A DNA stretch of 64,000 bases from Deltaproteobacteria bacterium. Lineage in GTDB: Bacteria > SAR324 > JACQKK01. Each line of letters opens with the position of its first letter. Within the stretch, counting starts at the first letter, position 1. The notes under the pieces are model-generated. The model had not been told where the DNA came from and did not search any database. It saw nothing but the letters and a program-made list of their open reading frames with translations. The DNA is taken from positions 9,939 to 73,938 of the forward strand of contig JAOUEW010000008.1 of assembly GCA_029858505.1 (NCBI GenBank), given 5' to 3'. Positions 8,934 to 18,683 of this stretch are shown piece after piece. Made by a program: the position numbers and the translations under genes.

Positions 8934-9851
8934 ATGAAAGCAAATATGGGAGCATCTGCCATGGGTGCGCGCGGTTGGAGCCTGCTGCTGTTGGGAGTTC
9001 TGGGGGGGCTGGCGCTGGCCAGCCAAACCGCCCCCAGCGCGGAACCGGCCAATTACATACGCCTAGCCACCACCACCAGCGTGGAGGACACCGGGCTGAC
9101 CCTGGCCATCACCCAGGTATTTCAGGCCAGCACGGGCCTGGAGGTGCGGGTGGTGGCCGGGGGAACCGGCCGCACCCTGGCCCTGGGAGCGGCGGGAGAA
9201 GTGGACGTGGTGCTGGCCCACGACCCCGCCCAGGAAATGGAAGCCGTGGCCAAGGGCGGGTTGATCGAACGCCAACCGCTGATGTGGAACTATTTCGTGC
9301 TGTTGGGGCCGCCCCAGGACCCGGCCGGGGCCGGGCAAGCCCCCAACCTAGTCGAGGGCTTCCGCCGGGTGGCCAGGGCCGGAGAACAAGGGCGGGCGGT
9401 GTTTGTGTCTCGGGGAGATCAGTCGGGCACCCATGGCAAAGAACAGGAACTGTGGCGGCTGGCGGGGGTTTCGGCCGAGGGGCGTCCCTGGCTGAAGGCC
9501 ACGGGGCAAGGCATGGGCCCCACCCTCAAAATCGCCGATGAACTGGGGGGCTATGTGTTGTCGGTGGATGCCAACGTCCGCACCTTTCGGGGGAAGAGCC
9601 GCTTGGTTCCGCTGACCCGCCCAGACAAACGCATGATCAACCGGTATTCGGTGCTGCTGGCCAACCCGGCCCACCACCCCCACATGAACCAAAGCGGGGC
9701 CCGCTGCCTAGTGGAATGGCTGCTGGGGCCCCGGGGGCAAGCCGTGATTGCCGGGTTTGGGCAGCCAGACCACCCGGGCCTGTTCATGCCCGTGGGGCGG
9801 GCTTCCCCGCAGAAACCCCCACGGAAGACTGGGCATTGCCAGAGCCAGTAA
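8934..9851 (+). CDS. tupA: Tungstate ABC transporter substrate-binding protein
   Basis: RLATTTSVEDTGL (TTTS signature), GTGRTL, FVSRGDQSGTH, TGQGMG. Confidence 0.85.
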   Translation: MKANMGASAMGARGWSLLLLGVLGGLALASQTAPSAEPANYIRLATTTSVEDTGLTLAITQVFQASTGLEVRVVAGGTGRTLALGAAGEVDVVLAHDPAQEMEAVAKGGLIERQPLMWNYFVLLGPPQDPAGAGQAPNLVEGFRRVARAGEQGRAVFVSRGDQSGTHGKEQELWRLAGVSAEGRPWLKATGQGMGPTLKIADELGGYVLSVDANVRTFRGKSRLVPLTRPDKRMINRYSVLLANPAHHPHMNQSGARCLVEWLLGPRGQAVIAGFGQPDHPGLFMPVGRASPQKPPRKTGHCQSQ

Positions 9852-11207
9852 TCAACCCGCGGGTTCCTCCGCCGCTGGCTTGTCTTCAAAGGCCGAGGGC
9901 ATCAGGTTAAACGGCAGAATCTTAATGACCACCGGCAGAATCAACCCGCCCCCCGGCAGGGCAAAAATGGCCAAGGCCGGAATGGTTTTCAAAATATCGG
10001 CAATTTGCTCCTGAACCTTCTTTTTTTCATCAGGGGTCAGGGGGGTCTTGGTGGATTTCACCAGCAGAGCCGACAGTTCTTTGGTTTCGTTGATTTCCGT
10101 CACCAAGCGGTCCACGTTTTTCCGCACGGCGATGGCGGCCTTTTCCTTAAAGCGCTCTCCCACGTTCAGCAGATGGAACCGTTTTTTGAAGAACTGGAGT
10201 TTGTCTCCCTGGGCCAGCAAAAAGCTTTCCAGGGCAATGCGGCTTTGGGCCAGCTCGTCTTCCCACAGCCCCAGCCGCTCCACCACCCGGGAAAGCATGG
10301 CTTCCTCTTCTTCAGAAATAGAGCGGTCCAGCAGGGTCATCATCAGCACCACCTCCAGCAGATACCGGCGGATCACCCAAGGCATGTCGGGAATGTGGAT
10401 ATTCTCCAACGCCAAACCGTTTTCCATCTTCAGCCGAAACTCCAGCAGTTTTTCCTTGGAAAAGTGCGAGGTGCGGAAGAATTGGTCGATAATGCGTTTT
10501 TCCTCCGGCTCCACCACGGCGTTGGTGAAGGCCGCCATGATAATCAAGTTCAGCAGGGCTTCTCGCTGGGCGCCAATGCTTTGGTATACCTTGTCAATCA
10601 ACCCCTGGTTCAGTTCTTCACCCATCAGCACCAGCCGCTGCAGGCGCACGCAGGCCTGCAGGTCCACAAACATGAAGTTGTTGAAAAAGATTTGGTAGCT
10701 GAGATCCTTCCCCCCAGACACCCGGTAAATAAAATTTTGCTCAAAGCGGGTCAGTTCGTCGGGGGGGCCGAACATTTTGTGCTTCAATCGGGTGATGAAC
10801 CCGTCTTTGGGTTTGTAGATTTCTGGGGCCTTAAGGTAATAATGGCTCACCACATCGGTGGCCACCTGCAGGTAATCGGGATTGTAGTCGGGCATCCCAT
10901 CGGTCTGATAGATGTGATCCGTCACCAGCACGGCAAAGGTGGCATCCAGCAGGGTCAGCATCATCCGGTCCAGCACATCGTGATATTGGCTTTCCGGAAA
11001 CACCACGTCGGTAAAGGGGAGCTTCACCGGCGCCCCGTACACCAGCCCGGTGGGCTGCAAAAAATAATACACCGCCTGGTCCACCTCGTTGTGTACGCCA
11101 GAATCCTCCACCACCTTCACCCCCAGGGTGGGCAGCTTGGCGGGAAAGGGGTTTTTCCGCCGAAAAGCCAGGTATTGTGTAAACCAACCGTGTTTGCTGA
11201 ATTTCAT
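9852..11207 (-). CDS. TerB-like / LETM1-related protein
   Basis: TerB-like helical repeats; C-terminal LTPDEKKKVQEQIADILKTIPALAIFALPGGGLILP LETM1-like segment. Confidence 0.65.
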   Translation of the reverse strand: MKFSKHGWFTQYLAFRRKNPFPAKLPTLGVKVVEDSGVHNEVDQAVYYFLQPTGLVYGAPVKLPFTDVVFPESQYHDVLDRMMLTLLDATFAVLVTDHIYQTDGMPDYNPDYLQVATDVVSHYYLKAPEIYKPKDGFITRLKHKMFGPPDELTRFEQNFIYRVSGGKDLSYQIFFNNFMFVDLQACVRLQRLVLMGEELNQGLIDKVYQSIGAQREALLNLIIMAAFTNAVVEPEEKRIIDQFFRTSHFSKEKLLEFRLKMENGLALENIHIPDMPWVIRRYLLEVVLMMTLLDRSISEEEEAMLSRVVERLGLWEDELAQSRIALESFLLAQGDKLQFFKKRFHLLNVGERFKEKAAIAVRKNVDRLVTEINETKELSALLVKSTKTPLTPDEKKKVQEQIADILKTIPALAIFALPGGGLILPVVIKILPFNLMPSAFEDKPAAEEPAG

Positions 11208-11345
11208 GAATAAGTGTTCCCAAGTGGCAGGTGATTCCCCCCAGGGAAAACAGCGTTTGGAGACTTTGATTAGTATCCTAATTTGGCCCTGGGATTCAAG
11301 TTTTTTCCTCCCCCCGCCTTTTGGGCCGGGCAGCCGGGATAGGCC

Positions 11346-12761
11346 ATGAAACAAGACGCGTATCTATTCTGGCTGAACCGGCTGGAGAACCATGCCCAAT
11401 ACCGTCAGGTTCCCCATGGGGCGGACCAGGGGCGGCTGGCCCCCCTGGCCGCCTTGCTCCAGGCCCTGGAAAACCCCCACCAAGCCTTGCGGGTGGTGCA
11501 CTTGGCGGGAACCAACGGCAAAACCACCACCGCCCACCTGATTGCCCGGCTCTTGGCCAGGGAAACCGGCGGAGAACGGGTGGGGCTATATACCTCCCCC
11601 CACTTGGTCGACATCCGGGAACGCATCCAAATTCAGGGTAGGATGATCTCTCGCCGGGACTTTGTGGCGGCTTCTCGGGCGGTGTGGGGGGCGGCGGAAG
11701 AACTGGGCCTGCTGGGGGGAGAATCTTCTTCCCCCCGGCTAAGTTGGTTTGACCTGGTGACCGCCATGGGGCTGTGGCACTTTCGGCGGCGGGGAGCCGC
11801 CTGGGCCGTGCTGGAAACCGGCCTGGGGGGGCTGGCCGATGCCACCAACCTGGCCCCCAAAACCCTGTGCGTCCTCACCCCCATGGGGCTGGATCATGCC
11901 GCCGTGCTGGGGAACACCCTAGGGGCTATTGCCTGGCAGAAGGCGGGCATATTGGCGCCGGGGGTGCCGGTGGTGCTGGGCCCCCAGCCCCCAGAAGCCC
12001 AGCAGGTGGTGCAAGACCGGGCCGCCGCCCTGGGTTGCCCCATCATCCCCTGGGACCGGGTGAGCCTAGAGAAAACCGTGCCCCAACCCGCAAACCCCCA
12101 GCCGGTCCATCGCCAAAGCCAGCGGCTGAACATCACGGCCCGCTGGCCGGGGGGGGCCACCGCCAGCCGTTGGATTGAATCCGAGGGCTGGAATGAACCC
12201 TTCCGCTTGGCGGCCGCCACGGCCCTGTCTGCCGCGGAAGAACTGTTGGCCCCCCCCCGCAAGCCCCAGTCCCGGCTGGCCGCCGTGCTGGGCGGAGCCC
12301 TGCCCGGCCGTCAGACTTTTTTACCCCATTTGCGCCTAGCCAACGGGCACACCCTGCCCTGGCTGATGGTGGACGGCGGCCATAACCCCCCGGCCTTGGA
12401 AGCCCTAGCCCGGCGGCTGGAACACCGCCGGGGCTACACCCTGGTGTGGGGCATGTTGACCGACAAGTTGATCCCCGAAACAGAGCCGCCCCTGGCCCGG
12501 CTGATGGCGGGGGCCCGCCGGGTGCTGGCGGTTCCCCCGCCGGGGCCCCGCTCCCCGGCCCCTGGGGTGCTGGGGGAGATCACCCGCCGGTTGGCCCCGG
12601 CCAACCAGCCCGACCCCCTACCCCAGGAATTCCCCCGGCTGGAGGAGGCCCTGGCCCAGGCCCTGGCCGCTGGAGACCCGGTGGTGGTGGCGGGGTCCCT
12701 GTGGCTGGCGGGGGAGGCGTGGGCTTGGTTACAGAGCAACCAACGGCAAAAACCCGGTTGA
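11346..12761 (+). CDS. folC: Folylpolyglutamate/dihydrofolate synthase
   Basis: HLAGTNGKTT, YTSPHL, ETGLGG..DATN, DGGHNP, GSLWLAGE. Confidence 0.9.
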   Translation: MKQDAYLFWLNRLENHAQYRQVPHGADQGRLAPLAALLQALENPHQALRVVHLAGTNGKTTTAHLIARLLARETGGERVGLYTSPHLVDIRERIQIQGRMISRRDFVAASRAVWGAAEELGLLGGESSSPRLSWFDLVTAMGLWHFRRRGAAWAVLETGLGGLADATNLAPKTLCVLTPMGLDHAAVLGNTLGAIAWQKAGILAPGVPVVLGPQPPEAQQVVQDRAAALGCPIIPWDRVSLEKTVPQPANPQPVHRQSQRLNITARWPGGATASRWIESEGWNEPFRLAAATALSAAEELLAPPRKPQSRLAAVLGGALPGRQTFLPHLRLANGHTLPWLMVDGGHNPPALEALARRLEHRRGYTLVWGMLTDKLIPETEPPLARLMAGARRVLAVPPPGPRSPAPGVLGEITRRLAPANQPDPLPQEFPRLEEALAQALAAGDPVVVAGSLWLAGEAWAWLQSNQRQKPG

Positions 12762-12927
12762 TGAAGAAATCTCAGGATATCGGGGGGAGACACGGGGGAG
12801 ACACGGGGGAGATCCGATTGATCAACGTTGATATAAAGATAGGGTGGAATAAGAAGAATAAGAATCGGTGAGAATAGGAGAATAGGGTCGTCAACGTATA
12901 AATGATGTATCCTGGAAGGTATAGACA

Positions 12928-12988
12928 GAGACCTTTGCATAACCCGGGTTTTTGCCGTGAACGGGGGGCATGGGGAGCGAGGCCCCCC
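12928..12988 (+). mobile_element. Partial copy of the IS5-like-ended MITE family
   Basis: gagacctttgcataacccgggtttttgccgtgaa matches 19397-19430; no right-hand TIR seen. Confidence 0.55.
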
Positions 12989-13031
12989 AATAAACTCAGC
13001 CCCCCTGCCCCATCATTTCCGGAGACCCCCC

Positions 13032-13910
13032 ATGACCACCATCCGCCCAGTCACCGCCGTGGTGACCGCCATCCAAACCATGGAGGGGGCCGGGTTCCCC
13101 GTGCGCAGGCCCTTTCCCACCCCCTCCATGATTCAGTTTGATCCCTTTCTGCTGCTGGACCACATGGGGCCAGTGACTTGGCCCCCCGGCCAAGCCCAGG
13201 GCGCCCCGGACCACCCCCACCGGGGGTTCGAAACGGTGACCTATATGTTGCAAGGCAGCATGGAGCACCGGGATTCCATGGGCAACGTGGCCCGCATGGG
13301 GCCGGGAGACGTGCAGTGGATGACCGCCGGGGCTGGCGTGGTCCACGCCGAAATGCCTCCGCCAGCCTTTTTGCAAGCGGGAGGGGTGATGGAGGGCTTT
13401 CAAATTTGGGTGAACTTGCCCGCCCGGGAAAAAATGAGGCCTCCCCGCTATCAGGGCATCGCCCGGGACCTGCTGCCCCAGGCAGAAAATCCACAGGGGG
13501 TATCGGTGCGGGTGATTGCCGGAGAAGCCTTTGGGGTGAAGGCCGCCATTCACACCCACACCCCCATTCAACTGGTGCATGTGACGGTGCCCCCCGGCGG
13601 AGAGGGCCGCATTGAAACCGCCAGCGGCCACAACGTCATGATCTATGGGTTTTCCGGCGGGGTGCTGGCGGGGGAGGAACGGGTTGCCGTGGGGGAAGGA
13701 CAGATGGCCGTGTTTGGGCCGGGCGATGCCATCACGTTTGCCCTGCCTGCCAGTGCCCCGGCTTCAACCCATTTTTTGCTGCTGGCGGGAGAACCCATTC
13801 GGGAACCCCTGGCCCGCTGGGGGCCCTTCGTGATGAACACCGAACAGGAAATCATCCAGGCCTTCGAAGACTTCCAAAGCGGCAGAATGGGCCAAATTCA
13901 GGCCGAATAG
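13032..13910 (+). CDS. Pirin family protein
   Basis: DPFLLLDH, HPHRGFETVTY, WMTAGAGVVHAE, GPFVMNT; ggag RBS. Confidence 0.95.
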   Translation: MTTIRPVTAVVTAIQTMEGAGFPVRRPFPTPSMIQFDPFLLLDHMGPVTWPPGQAQGAPDHPHRGFETVTYMLQGSMEHRDSMGNVARMGPGDVQWMTAGAGVVHAEMPPPAFLQAGGVMEGFQIWVNLPAREKMRPPRYQGIARDLLPQAENPQGVSVRVIAGEAFGVKAAIHTHTPIQLVHVTVPPGGEGRIETASGHNVMIYGFSGGVLAGEERVAVGEGQMAVFGPGDAITFALPASAPASTHFLLLAGEPIREPLARWGPFVMNTEQEIIQAFEDFQSGRMGQIQAE

Positions 13911-13912
13911 CC

Positions 13913-14926
13913 TTACATGCCGATGTCTAAAAAGTCGGCCAGTTCCTCGGCTACCCCGCGCTTCAGGGTCACGCTGTGCTGCTGCAGTTTGTCTAAAGGC
14001 ACACTGGCGTGCACCATCAGGTGGTCCGCGTAAAAACGATAGGTGCGGGCCATGGCCCAGGGGCGCCCCAGTTGCAAAGTCAGGATAACAATCGCGAAGT
14101 TCCCCAAAACAAGCCATAAATATGCCCCCCCCTTGCCGGTAAACTGAAAGGGGGCACCCTCTAGCCGCAGACGGCTGAAGCGGTAGCGGGTCAGGTTCAT
14201 CACCATCCAGGGGCGAAATACCCCCAGGGTCAGCAGGGTCAGCAGGGCGTTCCAGGTATACAACCGGTAATAATCCATCCCCCCGGCGTCGGTGGTGAAG
14301 CGCAGGTTCCCCAGCCGGATGCGGCTCCATAAGTATTGATGCATCCGGATGGACACCATGGGGAAATACAACCCCAGCGAGAGAATCACCAGCAGCATGT
14401 CCAGGTACATCCGCCTTACAAAGGCTGAAAACTCTCCCTCACAGGCAAAGTGAATCTGCCGCCAGCTTAGGCGGCTCAACCGGAACCGATAGGCCGCCAG
14501 AATTACCCAAGGCAGCACCAGAAAAAAAGCCGCCATCACGCTGAACTGATAAATGAGCTGAATTTGAATTTCCCACAGATGACTGGTCTGACCCATGGCC
14601 ATCAACCCAATGGCCAACACCGTGATCAGCAGCCGGCCTTTCAGCAGTTCAATGCCCCGCCCGTGAAAATCGAAGGGGGTGTCTAACACCCGAGAATTGT
14701 GGGCCAGCATTTTGTACCAGCGCACCTTGGCCCAGGGAGAATACAACCCCAGGGTCAACAGGGTAAGCAGCGCGTTGGCCAGAAACAATCCAAACAGTGT
14801 TTTGCCGCTACCGGTAAAATATCCCCGCACCCAGGGACCAGCTGGGGCCTCCGCAGGCTGAACCCATGGCGAAGCCGCGGGTGTGGGCGGGGAAGACAAG
14901 GGAGAAGTTGGGGATATCGTTTCCAT
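13913..14926 (-). CDS. YjgN/DUF898 inner-membrane protein
   Basis: Repeated FTG..G, LTLLTLGLYSPW-type helices. Confidence 0.85.
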   Translation of the reverse strand: METISPTSPLSSPPTPAASPWVQPAEAPAGPWVRGYFTGSGKTLFGLFLANALLTLLTLGLYSPWAKVRWYKMLAHNSRVLDTPFDFHGRGIELLKGRLLITVLAIGLMAMGQTSHLWEIQIQLIYQFSVMAAFFLVLPWVILAAYRFRLSRLSWRQIHFACEGEFSAFVRRMYLDMLLVILSLGLYFPMVSIRMHQYLWSRIRLGNLRFTTDAGGMDYYRLYTWNALLTLLTLGVFRPWMVMNLTRYRFSRLRLEGAPFQFTGKGGAYLWLVLGNFAIVILTLQLGRPWAMARTYRFYADHLMVHASVPLDKLQQHSVTLKRGVAEELADFLDIGM

Positions 14927-15141
14927 AGTGTGTTGTTGTCGCTTATTTCCCAGCCGAATGCAAATGCTCGTTCTTTTTTCTGTGTTGCTTTGAGATTTCT
15001 GCATATCTTTACTATCACATGTCCGTGTGCGATCTCTTCTCCCGCGGGAAACTCTTCTCCGGCCCTTGCCTGGCCCCGGCTGGGGCGGTAGGTTGAAACA
15101 CGGGGGCACCGCCAGACACGATCATACGCCAGGAAGGCGCC

Positions 15142-17046
15142 ATGGGAACCATTCACCTGCTGGCCGACAACGTCATCAACCACATTGCCGCCGGTGAGGT
15201 GGTGGAACGCCCCGCCAGCGTGGTGAAAGAACTGCTGGAAAACGCCCTCGACGCCGGGGCCGACCGCATCACCGTGCTGTTGGAAGACGGCGGGCGGGAG
15301 TCCATCGTGGTGCTGGACAACGGCCGGGGCATGGACCCTGCCGACGCCCGGCTGGCCTGCACCCGCCACGCCACCAGCAAAATCTCTACCCCCGCCGACC
15401 TGGAGAAAGTGGCCACCCTGGGCTTTCGGGGAGAGGCCCTGGCCTCCATCGCCGCGGTATCTCGCTTCGAACTGCTCACTTGCGCCGATGAATCTCAGGG
15501 GGGCACCCGGATCAACATGGAAGGCGGCCGGGAGGTTTCTGTGGCCCCCCAGGGGTTTGCCCAAGGCACCCGGGTCACCGTTCGAGAGTTGTTTTTCAAC
15601 ACCCCGGCCCGTCGTAAGTTTTTACGGGTCGCCGCCACCGAACTACAGGCCGCCCAAAACCTAACCGCCACCCTGGCCCTGGCCCACACCACCGTGCATT
15701 TCACCCTGACCCACCATGGCCGGGTGCTGTATGACCTAACCCCCTGCGCCACCCTGGCCGAGCGGGCCTTCCAGGTGTTCGGCGGAGAGTTTGCCGAAGG
15801 CATGCTGCCCCTAGACGTGATCACCCCCCAACTGCGCATGGAGGGGGTGGTGTCGCTGCCCTCCCAGGCCAAATCCAGCCGCCGCTGGCAATATCTTTAC
15901 ATCAACCACCGCCCGGTGAAAAACGCCGGGCTGAACCACGCGGTGTACCAGGCCTACCGCACCCTGCTGATGAAGGACCGCCACCCGGCCTATATTCTCA
16001 AACTGTTCGTGGAGCCAGCGGAGGTAGACGTGAACGTTCACCCGGCCAAAACCGAGGTGCGCCTGCGCAACCCTCAATTGCTTCACACCTTGCTGGCCGA
16101 CAGGTTGCACCAAGTGTTGATGGACGGCGCCCGGCAGCGGGCCTTTGGCGAGAGTGATCCGGGGATTTCCCGCAGGCCCCCCCCGCCCCGGCCCAGCCAC
16201 CAAGCCCCGGCGGGCAGCCAGTTGGAGTTGACCCTGAAAGCCGCCCAGGAGCGGGTGGGCGAAAGCGCCCCAACGTCTTTCACTTCTCCCTCTGACCCTC
16301 ATCTCTCTAACCCAAACCCCATCAGCCCCAACCCCTCTCGCCTCCCAACCTCTCCCGCCCTGGCTTCTATTGCTGGGCCTGCGGGTTCTGACCCCCATCC
16401 CCTCACCGGAGAGGCCTTTCACTTTCAGCCCCTGCACCCCGCCCCGGCGGCAGAGGCACCCATGGGCGGGGGGCTGCGCCTGCTGGGCCAGCACGACCAA
16501 ACCTACCTGCTGGTGGCCAGGGGAGAAGATTTGCTGGTGGTGGACCAACACGCCGCCCACGAACGGGTGCTGTTCGAGGCCTATCGCACCCAGTACTACC
16601 AAGGCCGCCTGCAAAGCCAAACCTTCCTGGTGCCCCCCACCCTGGAACTGTCTCCGGCCAACAGCCTGCTGTTGGAACAATACCTGCCCCAATGGGAACG
16701 GCTGGGGTTTCAGCTGGAGCCCTTTGGGGGAACCACCTTTTTGGTGCGGGCAGTGCCCGCCCTGCTGGCCCGGGGAGATATCTCCGCCCTGGTGCTGGAT
16801 GTGCTGGACGACTTGGCCCTGTTTGGCAAAAGCGGCCGGGTAGAGGAAGTCATCAACGATATTTTGGAGCGGGTGGCCTGCCACGCCGCCGTGCGGGCCG
16901 GGCAGTCTTTGGCCAAGGAAGAAATGGAAAGCTTGGTGGCCCGGCTGGAGGGCCTGGACATGAACCTGTACTGCCCCCATGGCCGACCCGTGTGGGTGGA
17001 AATCTCCCAGCGGGAATTGGAGAAACGCTTCAAGCGAATCGTGTAA
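15142..17046 (+). CDS. mutL: DNA mismatch repair endonuclease MutL
   Basis: IAAGEVVERP, GFRGEAL, DVNVHPAK, DQHAAHER, ACH, CPHGRP. Confidence 0.97.
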   Translation: MGTIHLLADNVINHIAAGEVVERPASVVKELLENALDAGADRITVLLEDGGRESIVVLDNGRGMDPADARLACTRHATSKISTPADLEKVATLGFRGEALASIAAVSRFELLTCADESQGGTRINMEGGREVSVAPQGFAQGTRVTVRELFFNTPARRKFLRVAATELQAAQNLTATLALAHTTVHFTLTHHGRVLYDLTPCATLAERAFQVFGGEFAEGMLPLDVITPQLRMEGVVSLPSQAKSSRRWQYLYINHRPVKNAGLNHAVYQAYRTLLMKDRHPAYILKLFVEPAEVDVNVHPAKTEVRLRNPQLLHTLLADRLHQVLMDGARQRAFGESDPGISRRPPPPRPSHQAPAGSQLELTLKAAQERVGESAPTSFTSPSDPHLSNPNPISPNPSRLPTSPALASIAGPAGSDPHPLTGEAFHFQPLHPAPAAEAPMGGGLRLLGQHDQTYLLVARGEDLLVVDQHAAHERVLFEAYRTQYYQGRLQSQTFLVPPTLELSPANSLLLEQYLPQWERLGFQLEPFGGTTFLVRAVPALLARGDISALVLDVLDDLALFGKSGRVEEVINDILERVACHAAVRAGQSLAKEEMESLVARLEGLDMNLYCPHGRPVWVEISQRELEKRFKRIV

Positions 17047-17123
17047 ACCGACTCCCTCTATCACCTTGAATATTCAAAAAAATAGGACTAGGGTTGCGGT
17101 AGATGGTCCGACCAGGAGGTCTC

Positions 17124-18683
17124 ATGGACATTGCTCAGAACACCACCCTGCCTGTTTCCAAGGGTGATTCCACCCGAACCGCCCGTTTGATCTCCCGTGT
17201 TCTTGCCCCCCTCGATCGCCTCTTTCAACGCTGTTACGACTCTCCCTACAATCCGCTGTATCTGTCTGGGGCCCTGACCCTGTTCTTTCTGCTGCTGGTG
17301 CTGGTCACCGGCGCCTACCTGCTGATTTTCTATCGGGCGGGTTCTCCCTACGAGTCCATGGCGGCCATCCAAGAGCAAGTCTGGGGCGGCCGCTGGATCC
17401 GCGCCCTGCACCGCTATGCGTCAGACGCCGCCGTGGTGACGGCGGTGCTGCACATGCTGCGCATGTTTGCCCAGGGGCGCAGCTGGGGGCCCCGGGCCCT
17501 GGGGTGGATCACCGGGGTGGGCATGCTGGCCCTGCTGTGGGGTGTGGGGTGGACCGGCTATGTGCTGGTGTGGGACCAACACGGGTTGATCCTGGCCAAC
17601 CGGGGGGCCCGCATGCTAGACGCTCTTCCCCTGTTCTCCGAGCCCATCTCCCGCATGTTTGCCACCGGCCAGGTGGTGTATCACTTTTTTTTCTTCAACC
17701 TGTTTTTGCACATGGCCATTCCGCTGGTGATGGGGGCCCTGCTGTGGATGCACGTGATGCGGCTGGCCCGGTCGGTTCTGTTTCCTTCTCGGGGGTTGAT
17801 GTGGGGGTCGGGGCTGCTGCTTACCGGATTGTCTGTGGTTTGGCCAGCCCCCTTGGAAGGCCCCGCCGATGCCTTGTCCTCTGGCGGGCGGGTGGCGGTG
17901 GATGGGTTCTATACGTTTTGGCTGGGGTGGAATCTTTCCGGCGGGGCCCTGTGGTTGTTTTGGCTGGCCCTGTTGGGGGGGTTGACCGCCGTTCCCTGGC
18001 TGTTCCGGCCGGGCCTTTTGGCCCGCCCCAGGCCCGCCGTGGTGGATGAAGCCCATTGCGAGGGCTGCACCCAGTGCTATCAAGACTGCCCCTACGAGGC
18101 CATTCAAATGGTCGCGGTGGAAGGCCGAGAAAAACCGGTGGCCCGGGTGGACCCCGCCGTGTGCGTGGGCTGCGGCATCTGTTCCGGGTCGTGCAAGCCC
18201 ATGGTGATTGGCCCCCCAGAGCGGCGGGGCGGCCACCAAATTCGCCAAGCCCGGGCCCTTACCCAGGCCCACCCCCAAACCGTGGTGTGCCTGGCCTGCG
18301 ACAAAACCCTGGGGCGAAACCCCACCCTGCCCGTTGGCGTAACGTTATGGACCATCTCTTGCGGTGGAGAGATTCACGCCGACACGGTGGACGCCCTGTT
18401 GCGGCATGGGGCGGCGGGGGTGATGGTGGTGTCGTGCCCGCCAGAAAACTGCCAAAGCCGAGAGGGTGCCCGCTGGCTGGCGGCCCGCTGGGCGGGAGAA
18501 CGAGACATGCCCCTGCGGGCGAGGGTGGACCGCCGCCGCACCGCCTGGGTGACCCTGGAACCGGGAGACACCAAAACGCTGGCCAGGCTGGCCGCTCAGT
18601 TTCTAGACCGCCTGAACGAACCCGGCCTGCTGCCGGTCCGTGAGGAATCGGGCATCACGCCCACAGGAGAAACCCTGACGTGA
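17124..18683 (+). CDS. Cytochrome b/b6-like domain fused to 2x[4Fe-4S] ferredoxin and MvhD/FlpD-like domain
   Basis: aggagg RBS; heme His pairs ALHRYASDAAVVTAVLH and FLHMAIPLVMGALLWMH; TGYVLVWDQ; CEGCTQCYQDCP and CVGCGICSGSC; ISCGGEI..VSCPPENCQSREG. Confidence 0.8.
   Translation: MDIAQNTTLPVSKGDSTRTARLISRVLAPLDRLFQRCYDSPYNPLYLSGALTLFFLLLVLVTGAYLLIFYRAGSPYESMAAIQEQVWGGRWIRALHRYASDAAVVTAVLHMLRMFAQGRSWGPRALGWITGVGMLALLWGVGWTGYVLVWDQHGLILANRGARMLDALPLFSEPISRMFATGQVVYHFFFFNLFLHMAIPLVMGALLWMHVMRLARSVLFPSRGLMWGSGLLLTGLSVVWPAPLEGPADALSSGGRVAVDGFYTFWLGWNLSGGALWLFWLALLGGLTAVPWLFRPGLLARPRPAVVDEAHCEGCTQCYQDCPYEAIQMVAVEGREKPVARVDPAVCVGCGICSGSCKPMVIGPPERRGGHQIRQARALTQAHPQTVVCLACDKTLGRNPTLPVGVTLWTISCGGEIHADTVDALLRHGAAGVMVVSCPPENCQSREGARWLAARWAGERDMPLRARVDRRRTAWVTLEPGDTKTLARLAAQFLDRLNEPGLLPVREESGITPTGETLT

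Noticed and set aside
10005..11213. Long antisense ORFs (also 15811-17064, 29167-30225, 47827-48948, 60575-61564 and others)
   Set aside because: These are shadow frames of well-supported genes in GC-rich DNA, with no motifs
12782..12812. Short gggggagacac tandem repeat as a functional element
   Set aside because: Only about three copies and no other support
16270..16400. Insertion or frameshift in mutL
   Set aside because: The frame stays open; it is the normal variable Pro/Ser-rich linker
17066..17077. FNR/DNR box upstream of the cytochrome b fusion (ttgaatattcaa)
   Set aside because: It is a perfect 12-bp palindrome but does not fit TTGAT-N4-ATCAA spacing; it may bind another regulator, but nothing here supports that
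17124..18683. Hydrogenase or bc1 complex
   Set aside because: No NiFe/FeFe catalytic subunit, Rieske protein or cytochrome c1 in the window
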